A stretch of DNA of 32,000 nt from Geotalea uraniireducens Rf4 (GCF_000016745.1 NC_009483.1:1410001-1442000); one strand, 5' to 3'. Positions 1 to 7,808 are shown, counted from the first letter of the stretch. Translations and numbers: made by a program. The notes: generated by a model not told the origin, from the letters alone.

Positions 1-428
1 ATGGCCTCGTAGTTTCCCTTGCCGATCAGTTCGGCTTCTTCCCGGATCGTCACGCCGTCCTTATTGATCTGGATGCCGTAGAACTTGTCTTCGCCCGGCA
101 TCCCCTCGATGATGAGAGCCTTGATGCGCAGCTTGGCCAGGTTCTGGGCTGCGGTGCCGCCGGCATTGGACTCCTTGATGGTTCCGGTCAGCGGACTCTT
201 GGCGCCTGCCGAAAGGCGTCCCGACTGGGCGGCCGGTGACCCCGCCAGGAGCCCCGGCGCAAAGACCAGCTTGTTGTGCTTGCCGAGGGGATGGCAGGTG
301 GGGGGGACCTCTTTTGCCACGACGGCCGAGGTGAGTGCCCGGCCGCCAATCCCCTGCCATTCGGCCGGTACCTCTTCAAACGCGCCGGAAAGGGTGGTCA
401 TGTTAATGCGCAAAATCCTTTCTGTCAT
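1..428 (-). CDS. aor: Aldehyde:ferredoxin oxidoreductase (tungstopterin AOR family), N-terminal ~142 codons; remainder lies beyond the left edge
   Basis: Absent from the ORF track because it runs off the window. Reverse-strand ATG at 428-426 is preceded by GGGAGGG. Translation MTERILRINMTTLSGAFEEVPAEWQGIGGRALTSAVVAKEV...KLVFAPGLLAGSPAAQSGRLSAGAKSPLTGTIKESNAGGTAAQNLAKLRIKALIIEG fits the AOR N-terminal domain pattern (GGRxL, KSPLTG, NxGG). It lies 20 nt downstream of the adh stop on the same strand. Confidence 0.85.
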   Translation of the reverse strand, partial: MTERILRINMTTLSGAFEEVPAEWQGIGGRALTSAVVAKEVPPTCHPLGKHNKLVFAPGLLAGSPAAQSGRLSAGAKSPLTGTIKESNAGGTAAQNLAKLRIKALIIEGMPGEDKFYGIQINKDGVTIREEAELIGKGNYEA

Positions 429-448
429 GATTATTCCCTCCCTTTCAT

Positions 449-1612
449 TTACATTGCCGCCTTGTAGATGCCGATGATCTGCTCCAGGTTTGCCTTGCGC
501 GGATTGGTCAGCATGCAGGCGTCTTTCTGGGCGTTTTCCGCCATGATCTTCAGGTCTCCTTCCTTGACATTCAGCGCCTTGAGTCCGGCTGGTATGCCGA
601 TGTCCCTGGAGAGCTTACGGATGCCGGCAATCCCCTTTTCGGCCGCGTCCATCGTGGAAAGTCCGTCGATGTTCTCACCCAGGGCCAAGGCGATGTCACC
701 GAACCGTTTCGGGTTGGAGATCACGTTGAACTCGCAGACGGCAGGGAGCAGAATGGCGTTGCAGACGCCGTGGGGGAGGTTGTAGAAGCCCCCCAGCTGG
801 TGGGCCATGGCGTGGACATAGCCCAGGCTGGCGTTATTGAAGGCCATGCCTGCCATGTACTCGGCATAGGCCATCTTGTCGCGGGCCTCCAGGTTCTCGC
901 CGTTGGCCACCGCGGGACGCAGGTAATCGGAGACCAGTTCGATGGCCTGCAGGGCGCAGAAGTCGGTGATCGGTGTGGCGATGATGGAAACGTACGCCTC
1001 GACCGCGTGGGTCAGGGCGTCCATGCCGGTAGCTGCGGTCAGTGAGGGGGGCATGGCGACCATCAGCAGCGGATCGTTGATGGCGATGTTCGGCGTGCAG
1101 CGCCAGTCGACGATGGCCATCTTCACGTGGGTGTCGGTGTTGGTGATGATGCAGAAACGGGTCATCTCACTGGCCGTGCCGGCGGTGGTGTTGATGGCGA
1201 GGAAGGGTGGCATCGGCTTGGTCGACTTGTTGACACCTTCGAAGTCGCGGATGTTGCCGCCGTTGCCGATGACGAGGCCAATCCCCTTGCCGCAGTCGTG
1301 GGAGCTGCCGCCGCCGAGGGTGACGATGCCGTCGCACCTTTGGTCCTGGTATACCTTTACCCCGGCAAGGACGTTTTTGTCGGTCGGATTGGGTTCGGCG
1401 CCATCGAAGACGATCGCCTGGAGGCCGGCCTCTTCCAGTTGGCTCTTGATCTTGTCGGCAACCCCCAGCTTGGCGATCCCGGCGTCGGTAACGATCAGCA
1501 GTTTGGTTACGCCGAGCGCCTTGGCCTGCGCTCCCGTTTCCTTCGAGCAGCCGATACCCATCAATGAAACTGTTGGAATGTAAAATCCGAAAGTTTGATC
1601 TGCCAGTGCCAT
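449..1612 (-). CDS. Iron-containing (group III) alcohol dehydrogenase, 387 aa
   Basis: Full-length ORF with GGAGG 7 nt upstream of the ATG. Fe-ADH hallmarks are present: GGGSSHDCGKG, the TTAGTASE nucleotide-binding segment, and metal-binding histidines in GYVHAMAHQLGGFYNLPHG. Confidence 0.93.
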   Translation of the reverse strand: MALADQTFGFYIPTVSLMGIGCSKETGAQAKALGVTKLLIVTDAGIAKLGVADKIKSQLEEAGLQAIVFDGAEPNPTDKNVLAGVKVYQDQRCDGIVTLGGGSSHDCGKGIGLVIGNGGNIRDFEGVNKSTKPMPPFLAINTTAGTASEMTRFCIITNTDTHVKMAIVDWRCTPNIAINDPLLMVAMPPSLTAATGMDALTHAVEAYVSIIATPITDFCALQAIELVSDYLRPAVANGENLEARDKMAYAEYMAGMAFNNASLGYVHAMAHQLGGFYNLPHGVCNAILLPAVCEFNVISNPKRFGDIALALGENIDGLSTMDAAEKGIAGIRKLSRDIGIPAGLKALNVKEGDLKIMAENAQKDACMLTNPRKANLEQIIGIYKAAM

Positions 1613-1892
1613 GGTATTTCCTCCTTTTGTTTTTAGTGGTGAGGTTTAAATTCATCTAAAATGGGCTGTTTGCGAGAAGAGTAGATGCCGGCGAAAAGCA
1701 TAAAGCCGCCGGACGGTATGACGCCGTGCGCAGCGGCCCTCTATTTTGCAGAGTGAATCTCCATGACAGCTCATCTTAGAACGGCTTAATAAAGCGTACC
1801 GCTTCATTTTCGCCTGTCAAGGATAGCTCTTTGTATTCTGCCTCCTTTTTCATCATGTGGAATACGACCCCTTGCGGAAAAGGCGCCGGAAC

Positions 1893-1925
1893 GAAAAAAC
1901 CCCCACCGGCATGCGCCGATGGGGG
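1893..1925 (-). terminator. Intrinsic terminator downstream of the isochorismatase-family gene
   Basis: CCCCCACCGG (1900-1909) pairs with CCGATGGGGG (1916-1925) with one mismatch. On the minus strand the stem is followed by a T run (A run 1894-1899 on plus). It starts 28 nt after the stop at 1953. Confidence 0.6.
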
Positions 1926-1952
1926 TTGCAAGGTATGAATATCCGCTTAAAT

Positions 1953-2576
1953 TTATTCCATGGGCAACCGGACAATCTCTTCGGTGCGCAGGATGTCGGC
2001 AAACCGATCGCCGAGGGCGGCAAGGGCCGTTTGGTGAACGACCTTGTGGTCAATGGTCGCTGTTCCGTTTGGATCAGGCAGGTCGCGGGAGGCGCAGGCA
2101 TCTGCCGCGACGACAACCTTGTACCCCAATTCCAGCGCTGCGCGGGCTGTGCTGTCGACGCACATGTGGGTCATCAGCCCGCATAAAATCAAGGTCTCGA
2201 TGCCCCTGCCGTTAAGTTCCTTCTGTAGTTCAGTGCCGCTGAAGCTGCTGGGGAGATGTTTGCTTACGATCGTTTCATCGGTCGCAGGCTTCACCAGTTC
2301 GTGGAAATCAATGTCGGGAGAATGCGGCGCAAACAGCGGGCTGTCCGCTTTCATCGCCTTGTGCTGGATATGTGCCACCACGATTCCCGCCCGCCGTGCC
2401 CAGCACAACAGTCGTGCCGCGTTTGCCGCCGCCTGCTCCCCGTCCGGGATAAACAACTTGCCCCCGGTGAAATAGCCTTGTTGCAGGTCAATGAGCAACA
2501 GCGCGGTTTTGTCGGCCTTGACGGCCGCAGGCCTTGCCAATCCGGCCCATTGCCTGAGTGTACGATTCCGGTCCAT
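1953..2576 (-). CDS. Isochorismatase-family cysteine hydrolase, ~207 aa
   Basis: The ORF track gives 1953..2657. I trimmed it to the ATG at 2576, which is preceded by AAGGAGA. Family pattern: ALLLIDLQQGYF (catalytic Asp region), KADSPLF, and LILCGLMTHMCVDSTAR (catalytic Cys). Confidence 0.85.
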   Translation of the reverse strand: MDRNRTLRQWAGLARPAAVKADKTALLLIDLQQGYFTGGKLFIPDGEQAAANAARLLCWARRAGIVVAHIQHKAMKADSPLFAPHSPDIDFHELVKPATDETIVSKHLPSSFSGTELQKELNGRGIETLILCGLMTHMCVDSTARAALELGYKVVVAADACASRDLPDPNGTATIDHKVVHQTALAALGDRFADILRTEEIVRLPME

Positions 2577-2659
2577 GGTGTTTTCTCCTTCGCAGGTTTT
2601 TACCGGCAGTCTAAGGGAAAACGGCAGAAACAATCCAATCGTAAGATCCGAACCCACCC

Positions 2660-2674
2660 ATCAGAAAATCTGAT
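2660..2674. promoter_or_regulatory. Candidate LysR box (T-N11-A palindrome) in the divergent intergenic region
   Basis: ATCAGA-AAA-TCTGAT has perfect 6-bp arms and contains T-N11-A. It lies between the divergently transcribed hydrolase and LysR genes. Confidence 0.4.
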
Positions 2675-2745
2675 TAAACAAGGTCCGTACCTGTGGTATA
2701 TTTCCAGGAAGTTACCCGATGCTTCGCCGGTAAGGAAAAACAGCG

Positions 2746-3636
2746 ATGGAAATATATAAGTTACGGACCTTTGTCGCGGTCGCCCGTGAAGGTCATCTGA
2801 CCCGTGCCTCGGAATTGCTGAACCTCAGCCAGCCGGCCTTGAGCGCCCATATCAAGTCGCTGGAGGAGGAGCTGGGCGTCTTGCTATTCGACCGGACGCC
2901 GAAAGGGATGCAGCTCACCCATGCTGGACGCTTGCTGTTGAACCAGGCGGAGAGCGCCCTGGCAGCCGCAAGTGACCTGCTTGCCCAGGCCAGGAGTTTG
3001 CGGGACGAAATATGCGGCGCGGTAGTGCTGGGGACCATTACCGATACGCCGTCATTAAGGCTGGGGGATTTTTTGTGCAGGATGACGGCGAGCTACCCCA
3101 AGCTTTCGCTGCAACTGCGTCAGGGTATTTCGGGAACTGTCGTGCAAGGGATCAAAAACAGGGAACTGGATGCCGGTTATATTTTGGGGCAGAATGAGGA
3201 CTCGGCCATTGCCACGATCGGCCTTAAAAAGATCAAGTTGTATGTGGCTGCGCCGGCAGGCTGGAAGGACCGGGTTGAAACGGCGGACTGGCCCCAAATC
3301 GCGGCTCTTCCCTGGATCATCACTCCGCCGCTCTGCTCCTTTCACCGGATTACCGAAGAACTGTTTGAGAAGCACAACGTGAAGCCGAATACGATGATCG
3401 CGGCGGACCAGGAAATTACCCTGCGGGGTCTTGTTGCGGCGGGAGTCGGGCTTTCCATGTTGCGTGAAGATCAGGCTCTTGCGGCGGAACAGGCGGGAGA
3501 AGCGGTGCTGTGGCGGCAGGGAGAGTGCGAGACGCTTTTGTCTTTCCTATACCTGCGCGAACGGGAGAATGAGCCGATTATAACGGCCATGGCTCAAGTG
3601 ATTAAGCATGTTTGGAATAGTGCTGGGTCCGACTAA
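2746..3636 (+). CDS. LysR-family transcriptional regulator, 296 aa
   Basis: N-terminal wHTH (LRTFVAVAREGHLTRASELLNLSQPALSAHIKSLEEELGVLLFDR) plus a LysR substrate-binding domain. Divergent from the hydrolase gene. Confidence 0.92.
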   Translation: MEIYKLRTFVAVAREGHLTRASELLNLSQPALSAHIKSLEEELGVLLFDRTPKGMQLTHAGRLLLNQAESALAAASDLLAQARSLRDEICGAVVLGTITDTPSLRLGDFLCRMTASYPKLSLQLRQGISGTVVQGIKNRELDAGYILGQNEDSAIATIGLKKIKLYVAAPAGWKDRVETADWPQIAALPWIITPPLCSFHRITEELFEKHNVKPNTMIAADQEITLRGLVAAGVGLSMLREDQALAAEQAGEAVLWRQGECETLLSFLYLRERENEPIITAMAQVIKHVWNSAGSD

Positions 3637-3671
3637 TCGGCTTTTGATTGTTTTTTGCGCTGCGAATCAGA

Positions 3672-3686
3672 AAAAATGGCCTGCTC
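3672..3686. repeat. Left copy of a 15-nt direct repeat AAAAATGGCCTGCTC flanking the MNT-HEPN cassette
   Basis: Identical 15-mer at 3672-3686 and 4538-4552. The left copy ends 12 nt from the HEPN stop codon. Confidence 0.75.
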
Positions 3687-3698
3687 CACATTCTTTCC

Positions 3699-4094
3699 TC
3701 ATTTTTTCAAGACCTCTGCTACAGTTGTGCAGAATAATCTCGTATCGTCCAGTAGTCGCAGTGCTTCGTTCTTGTCGTAGTACGTTCCGATCTCGTAGTC
3801 GGAATCCTCTCGGATCTTCTGCAAGATGGAGAATATGACGCCAATTTCTTTGGGAATTATGCCGCTCTTGATGAAATGCAGCGAAAAGAGGGTAAGAGCG
3901 CCTTTGTGGCTTTTGGGCACCACATCGATTGATAAAAGCAATGCCCGTGCATAGTGCAGCGCGGCATAGTAGGCCCGCGACAAACCGTCAAGAGTAAGAT
4001 CAAGCTCTATGAGCGCTTCGGCGCTCTTAAGAGAGTCATTACCTCGCTGGAGCAGGAAGGAGATCGGGTTGTCGGTGAGGGACGCATCGCTCAC
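3699..4094 (-). CDS. HEPN-domain protein (toxin partner of the MNT-HEPN pair), 131 aa
   Basis: Small all-helical protein with a C-terminal REDSDY segment at the position of the HEPN Rx4-6H/Y motif. It overlaps the upstream nucleotidyltransferase gene by 4 nt. Confidence 0.8.
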   Translation of the reverse strand: MSDASLTDNPISFLLQRGNDSLKSAEALIELDLTLDGLSRAYYAALHYARALLLSIDVVPKSHKGALTLFSLHFIKSGIIPKEIGVIFSILQKIREDSDYEIGTYYDKNEALRLLDDTRLFCTTVAEVLKK

Positions 4095-4426
4095 AACGGC
4101 ACCATGTCGCGTTCGATTTCCCGCAGGAGGGGAAATCGGGCGGCTTTCTGGTGCTCGAATACTTCGCGCGAGAAGATTACCGGAGAGATATCCACCTCGT
4201 TTTCCAACAATTCGTCATAGGCAATGACGTAGATAGCCCGTTTCGTGTCGAGGTCAACCCGGTTCAGAATCACCGCAACATCAAGGTCAGACCCCTTGTG
4301 GTCATCACCACGCGCCTTTGAGCCAAAGAGAAAACTGAAAAGATAGTTGTCGCTGAAACGTGTCGATACCCTGGCAAGAAAATCCCGCAACGCCAACTCT
4401 TCTTTCTCGCTCAGATTCTTTATCAT
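4091..4426 (-). CDS. Minimal nucleotidyltransferase (MNT) antitoxin-type protein, ~111 aa
   Basis: Trimmed from 4091..4537 to the ATG at 4426 (MIKNLSEKE...). Carries the Pol-beta-type NTase motif GSKARGDDHKGSDLDVAV. Shows the 4-nt overlap with HEPN typical of this TA family. Confidence 0.88.
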   Translation of the reverse strand: MIKNLSEKEELALRDFLARVSTRFSDNYLFSFLFGSKARGDDHKGSDLDVAVILNRVDLDTKRAIYVIAYDELLENEVDISPVIFSREVFEHQKAARFPLLREIERDMVPL

Positions 4427-4455
4427 GAGTCCGCTCCCACGTGAGTAATGAAAGC

Positions 4456-4484
4456 AGTATACCGTTGTCATTATTAAAAAGCAA
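4456..4484 (-). promoter_or_regulatory. Sigma-70-type promoter of the MNT-HEPN operon
   Basis: On the minus strand: TTGCTT (4484-4479), 17 nt, TATACT (4461-4456). Located about 30 nt upstream of the MNT start and inside the repeat-bounded cassette. Confidence 0.55.
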
Positions 4485-4537
4485 TAAATGCAAGGGATTT
4501 GGGGACAACTTGACTTTATTCCGCATCCACATGTCAC

Positions 4538-4565
4538 AAAAATGGCCTGCTCGCGCAGGCCATTT
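4538..4565. terminator. Right copy of the 15-nt direct repeat, embedded in an intact terminator-like hairpin
   Basis: AAATGGCCTGC-TCGC-GCAGGCCATTT (4540-4565) has an A run before it and TTTCAGTTTC after it. The repeat copy at 4538-4552 forms the left arm and half of the loop. Confidence 0.6.
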
Positions 4566-4603
4566 CAGTTTCTCAAGTAAATGATGTTTATTATGCAAAG
4601 CCC

Positions 4604-4620
4604 TGCCCAATAATTGGGCA
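4604..4620. promoter_or_regulatory. Perfect 17-bp palindrome, candidate enhancer-binding-protein site upstream of nifEN
   Basis: TGCCCAAT-A-ATTGGGCA lies about 75 nt upstream of the -24 element. The half-site TGCCYAA recurs upstream of nifB at 13767-13802. Confidence 0.35.
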
Positions 4621-4694
4621 CTTTGTCTGGCCAGTAATTTCCTTTTTAGTGAAAAAACGCAACATATCAACAGGATAGCTCCGTTTGAAAAGAT

Positions 4695-4710
4695 TGGCAC
4701 GGCAAATGCT
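4695..4710 (+). promoter_or_regulatory. Sigma-54 (-24/-12) promoter of nifEN
   Basis: TGGCACGGCAAATGCT has GG and GC at the canonical spacing of the consensus TGGCAC-N5-TTGCW. Located 116 nt upstream of the nifEN start. Confidence 0.7.
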
Positions 4711-4753
4711 CAATAGGTAACAACCTGACAATTTATCCTGACGTAACATTGGC

Positions 4754-4796
4754 AAAGGCGCCATCAATTCTTAGGAATGATGGCGCCTTTTTATTT
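4754..4796 (+). terminator. Intrinsic terminator inside the nifEN 5' leader (attenuator)
   Basis: AAAGGCGCCATCA (4754-4766) pairs with TGATGGCGCCTTT (4778-4790) and is followed by TTATTT. It sits between the sigma-54 promoter and the start codon. Confidence 0.65.
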
Positions 4797-4825
4797 AGTT
4801 TCCGGATGGAAACTATTTAGAGGAC

Positions 4826-7585
4826 ATGACTATGGCGAAGCCCGATTACTACGACGTAACCGAATGCGAAACCCACGACGCGGGCGCCCCCAAGTTCTGC
4901 AAAAAATCCGAACCGGGGGAGGGGACCGAACGGAGCTGCGCCTACGACGGGGCCCGGGTGGTGCTGATGCCGATCACCGACGTCATTCACCTGGTCCACG
5001 GCCCCATTGCCTGTGCCGGCAACTCCTGGGACAACCGGGGCGCGCGCTCTTCAGACTCCCAGCTCTACCGCCGCGGCTTTACCACCGAGATGCTGGAAAA
5101 CGACGTCATCTTCGGCGGCGAAAAGAAGCTCTACAAGGCCATTCTGGAACTGGCCGAACGCTATAAGCCCAAGGCGATCTTCGTCTATGCCACCTGCGTC
5201 ACCGCCATGACCGGCGATGACGTGGAGGCGGTCTGCACAGCGGCGCAGGAAAAGGTGGCGATGCCGATAATTCCCGTGAATACGCCGGGGTTTATAGGCG
5301 ATAAGAATATCGGCAACCGGCTGGCCGGCGAGGTGCTGTTCAAGTACGTGATCGGCACCGCCGAGCCGGAATATACTACCGATTACGACATCAACCTGAT
5401 CGGCGAGTACAACATCGCCGGCGACCTGTGGGGGATGCTGCCGCTCTTCGACAAGCTGGGCATCCGCGTCCTCTCCTGCTTCAGCGGCGATGCCAAGTTC
5501 GAAGATCTGCGCTACGCCCACCGGGCAAAGCTGAACGTCATCATCTGTTCCAAATCGCTCACCAACCTGGCGAAGAAGATGCAGAAGACTTACGGCATGC
5601 CTTACCTGGAGGAATCCTTTTACGGCATGACCGATGTTGCCAAGGCCCTGCGCGACATAGCGAGAGAGCTGGACAATGTCTCCGGCGGTCTGGAAAAACG
5701 GGTCATGCAGGAGCGGGTGGAAAGGCTGATCGAGGAAGAGGAAGCCAGGTGCCGGGAACTGATAGCACCGTACCGGGCACGGCTGGAAGGGAAGCGGGCG
5801 GTGCTCTTTACCGGTGGGGTGAAGACCTGGTCCATGGTCAACGCCCTGGCCGAGCTCGGGGTGGAGATCCTCGCTGCCGGCACCCAGAACTCGACCCTGG
5901 AAGACTTCTACCGGATGAAGGCCCTGATGCACAAGGATGCCCGGATCATCGACGACACCAGCACCGCCGGTCTCCTTTCGGTCATGTACGAAAAGATGCC
6001 GGACCTGATCGTCGCCGGGGGGAAGACCAAGTTCCTGGCGCTCAAGACCAAGACCCCCTTTCTCGACATCAACCACGGCCGCTCCCATCCCTATGCCGGC
6101 TATGATGGCATGGTCACCTTTGCCAAGCAGCTCGACCTGACGGTGAACAACCCGATCTGGCCCGTGCTGAACGCCAAGGCGCCGTGGGAGAAGAGCGATG
6201 CGGAGCTCAATGCCGATGTGGCCCTGGCTGCCGGGCACAGCACTGCCCATCTCAATGAGGACATGAAGGAGTCGCGGGTCAAGGTGCCGACCAAGAATGC
6301 CACCGTCAACCCGCAGAAGAACTCCCCGGCCCTGGGTGCGACCCTGGCCTACCTGGGGATCGACCAGATGCTCGGCCTCCTCCATGGCGCCCAGGGGTGC
6401 TCGACCTTCATCCGCCTCCAGTTGTCGCGGCATTTCAAGGAGTCGATCGCCCTCAACTCCACCAGCATGAGCGAAGACACCGCCATCTTCGGCGGTTGGG
6501 AAAACCTGAAGAAGGGGATCAAGCGGGTGATCGAGAAGTTCGGCCCGCAGGTGGTGGGGGTGATGACCTCCGGTCTTACCGAAACCATGGGGGACGACGT
6601 GCGGAGCGCCATTGTCCACTTCCGCCAGGAGAACCCGGAGTTTGCCCATGTGCCGGTCATCCACGCCTCGACCCCGGACTACTGCGGTTCCATGCAGGAA
6701 GGGTACGCTGCAGCGGTGGAGGCGATCGTTGCCACCATCCCTGAAGGAGGGGAGAAGATCAAGGGGCAGGTGACCATCCTTCCCGGCTGTCATCTCACAC
6801 CGGCCGATGTGGAAGAGGTGGCGGAGATCTGCGAGGCGTTCGGCCTGACGCCGCTGGTGATTCCCGATATCTCCAACGCCCTCGACGGCCACATCGACGA
6901 GACCGTGTCGCCACTCTCCGTCGGCGGCGTGACCCTGGATAAGGTCCGTCTGGCCGGTCGGAGCGAAGCCACCCTTTACCTGGGGGATTCCCTGGCCAAG
7001 GCCGCCGAAATACTGAAAGAGAACTTCGCCATCCCCTGTTACGGCTTCACCTCCATCACCGGCCTGGCCGAGACGGACAGCCTGATGGAGACCCTTTCCG
7101 CCATCGCCGGCCGTCCCGTTCCGGAAAAGTTACGCCGCTGGCGGAGCCGCCTCATGGATGCCATGGTCGATTGCCACTACCAGTTCGGCCTGAAGCGGAT
7201 CTCCCTGGCCCTGGAAGCGGACCTCCTGAAGACCATGACCCTCTTCCTCGCCGGGATGGGGTGCCGGATCCAGGCGGCCATATCCGCCACCCGGGTGCGG
7301 GGACTTGACCGGCTCCCCACGGACAACATCTTTGTCGGCGACCTGGAAGACCTGGAAAACAGCGCCCAGGGGAGCGATCTCCTGGTGGCCAATTCCAACG
7401 GCCGTCAGGCAGCCGCCAGACTGGGGGGGATACCGCTTCTGCGGGCCGGGCTGCCGGTGTTCGACCGGTTGGGGGCCCATCAGAAGATGTACGTCGGCTA
7501 TCGGGGAACCATGAATCTCGTCTTCGAGACGGCGACGATTTTCCAGGCCAATGCAAAGGAAGCGCAGAAACTGGCGCATAATTGA
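4826..7585 (+). CDS. nifEN: Fused NifE-NifN FeMo-cofactor maturation scaffold, 919 aa
   Basis: The N-terminal half is NifE-like (CAYDGARVVLMPITDVIHLVHGPIACAG...). A linker lies around aa 455-500. The NifN-like half follows (VNPQKNSPALGATLAYLGIDQMLGLLHGAQGCSTF...). A start at 4832 (MAKPD) is equally possible given AGAGGA spacing. Confidence 0.95.
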   Translation: MTMAKPDYYDVTECETHDAGAPKFCKKSEPGEGTERSCAYDGARVVLMPITDVIHLVHGPIACAGNSWDNRGARSSDSQLYRRGFTTEMLENDVIFGGEKKLYKAILELAERYKPKAIFVYATCVTAMTGDDVEAVCTAAQEKVAMPIIPVNTPGFIGDKNIGNRLAGEVLFKYVIGTAEPEYTTDYDINLIGEYNIAGDLWGMLPLFDKLGIRVLSCFSGDAKFEDLRYAHRAKLNVIICSKSLTNLAKKMQKTYGMPYLEESFYGMTDVAKALRDIARELDNVSGGLEKRVMQERVERLIEEEEARCRELIAPYRARLEGKRAVLFTGGVKTWSMVNALAELGVEILAAGTQNSTLEDFYRMKALMHKDARIIDDTSTAGLLSVMYEKMPDLIVAGGKTKFLALKTKTPFLDINHGRSHPYAGYDGMVTFAKQLDLTVNNPIWPVLNAKAPWEKSDAELNADVALAAGHSTAHLNEDMKESRVKVPTKNATVNPQKNSPALGATLAYLGIDQMLGLLHGAQGCSTFIRLQLSRHFKESIALNSTSMSEDTAIFGGWENLKKGIKRVIEKFGPQVVGVMTSGLTETMGDDVRSAIVHFRQENPEFAHVPVIHASTPDYCGSMQEGYAAAVEAIVATIPEGGEKIKGQVTILPGCHLTPADVEEVAEICEAFGLTPLVIPDISNALDGHIDETVSPLSVGGVTLDKVRLAGRSEATLYLGDSLAKAAEILKENFAIPCYGFTSITGLAETDSLMETLSAIAGRPVPEKLRRWRSRLMDAMVDCHYQFGLKRISLALEADLLKTMTLFLAGMGCRIQAAISATRVRGLDRLPTDNIFVGDLEDLENSAQGSDLLVANSNGRQAAARLGGIPLLRAGLPVFDRLGAHQKMYVGYRGTMNLVFETATIFQANAKEAQKLAHN

Positions 7586-7590
7586 TAACC

Positions 7591-7794
7591 CACCACGGAG
7601 GCACAGAGGCACGGAGAAAAACAAAAGTTACTCCTTCAAACCCTTCACCGCAAAGGACCCAAAGGACCCATAGGGCCTAAAGGACCTAAATCGCGAAGGA
7701 CGCAAAGAAAACCTTTGCTTGATTCTACTTTGCGCACTTTGCGACTTTGCGGTTCAAAGATTTTGATTTCTCGTGTCTCTGTGTCTCCGTGGTG
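7591..7794. repeat. Nested palindromic intergenic element, CGCAAAG family, copy 1
   Basis: Outer arms: CACCACGGAGGCACAGAGGCACGGAGAAA with TTTCTCGTGTCTCTGTGTCTCCGTGGTG. Inner arms: ACCGCAAAGG followed by 7-9 nt units (GACCCAAAG, GGCCTAAAG, GACGCAAAG), pairing with CTTTGCGCACTTTGCGACTTTGCGGTTCAAAGATT. It fills the nifEN-nifX spacer. Confidence 0.85.
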
Positions 7795-7808
7795 AAAAGG
7801 AGCTTACT

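Noticed and set aside
1613-1892. Moco/Wco riboswitch or sigma-54 promoter in the long adh-aor leader
   Set aside because: I found no CCGAG...AAAGG-type Moco core. The only TGG...GC candidate on the minus strand (TGGAGATTCACTCTGCA) has GG-GC spacing one nucleotide too long.
4427-4537. N-terminal extensions offered by the ORF track (4091..4537, 1953..2657, 7773..8195, 8602..9009, 8945..9877, 21685..22002, 21896..22318, 26011..28470)
   Set aside because: In each case the extension is hydrophobic, Cys-rich or reads through a repeat or promoter. An internal ATG/GTG with a good Shine-Dalgarno coincides with the start of family similarity.
5051-6892. 613-aa ORF on the minus strand, antisense to nifEN
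   Set aside because: It overlaps a very well supported gene. The composition is Arg/Gly/His/Pro/Val-rich, as expected for an out-of-frame read of GC-rich coding DNA. There are no recognisable motifs and no RBS.
7640-7760. GACGCAAAG / CGCAAAGG strings resemble the conserved core of GEMM (cyclic-di-GMP/cGAMP) riboswitches, which are abundant in Geobacter
   Set aside because: The motif is repeated many times in both orientations as part of a palindrome. The P1/P2 architecture and the GNRA tetraloop-receptor of GEMM are not present. The location is intercistronic rather than a 5' leader.
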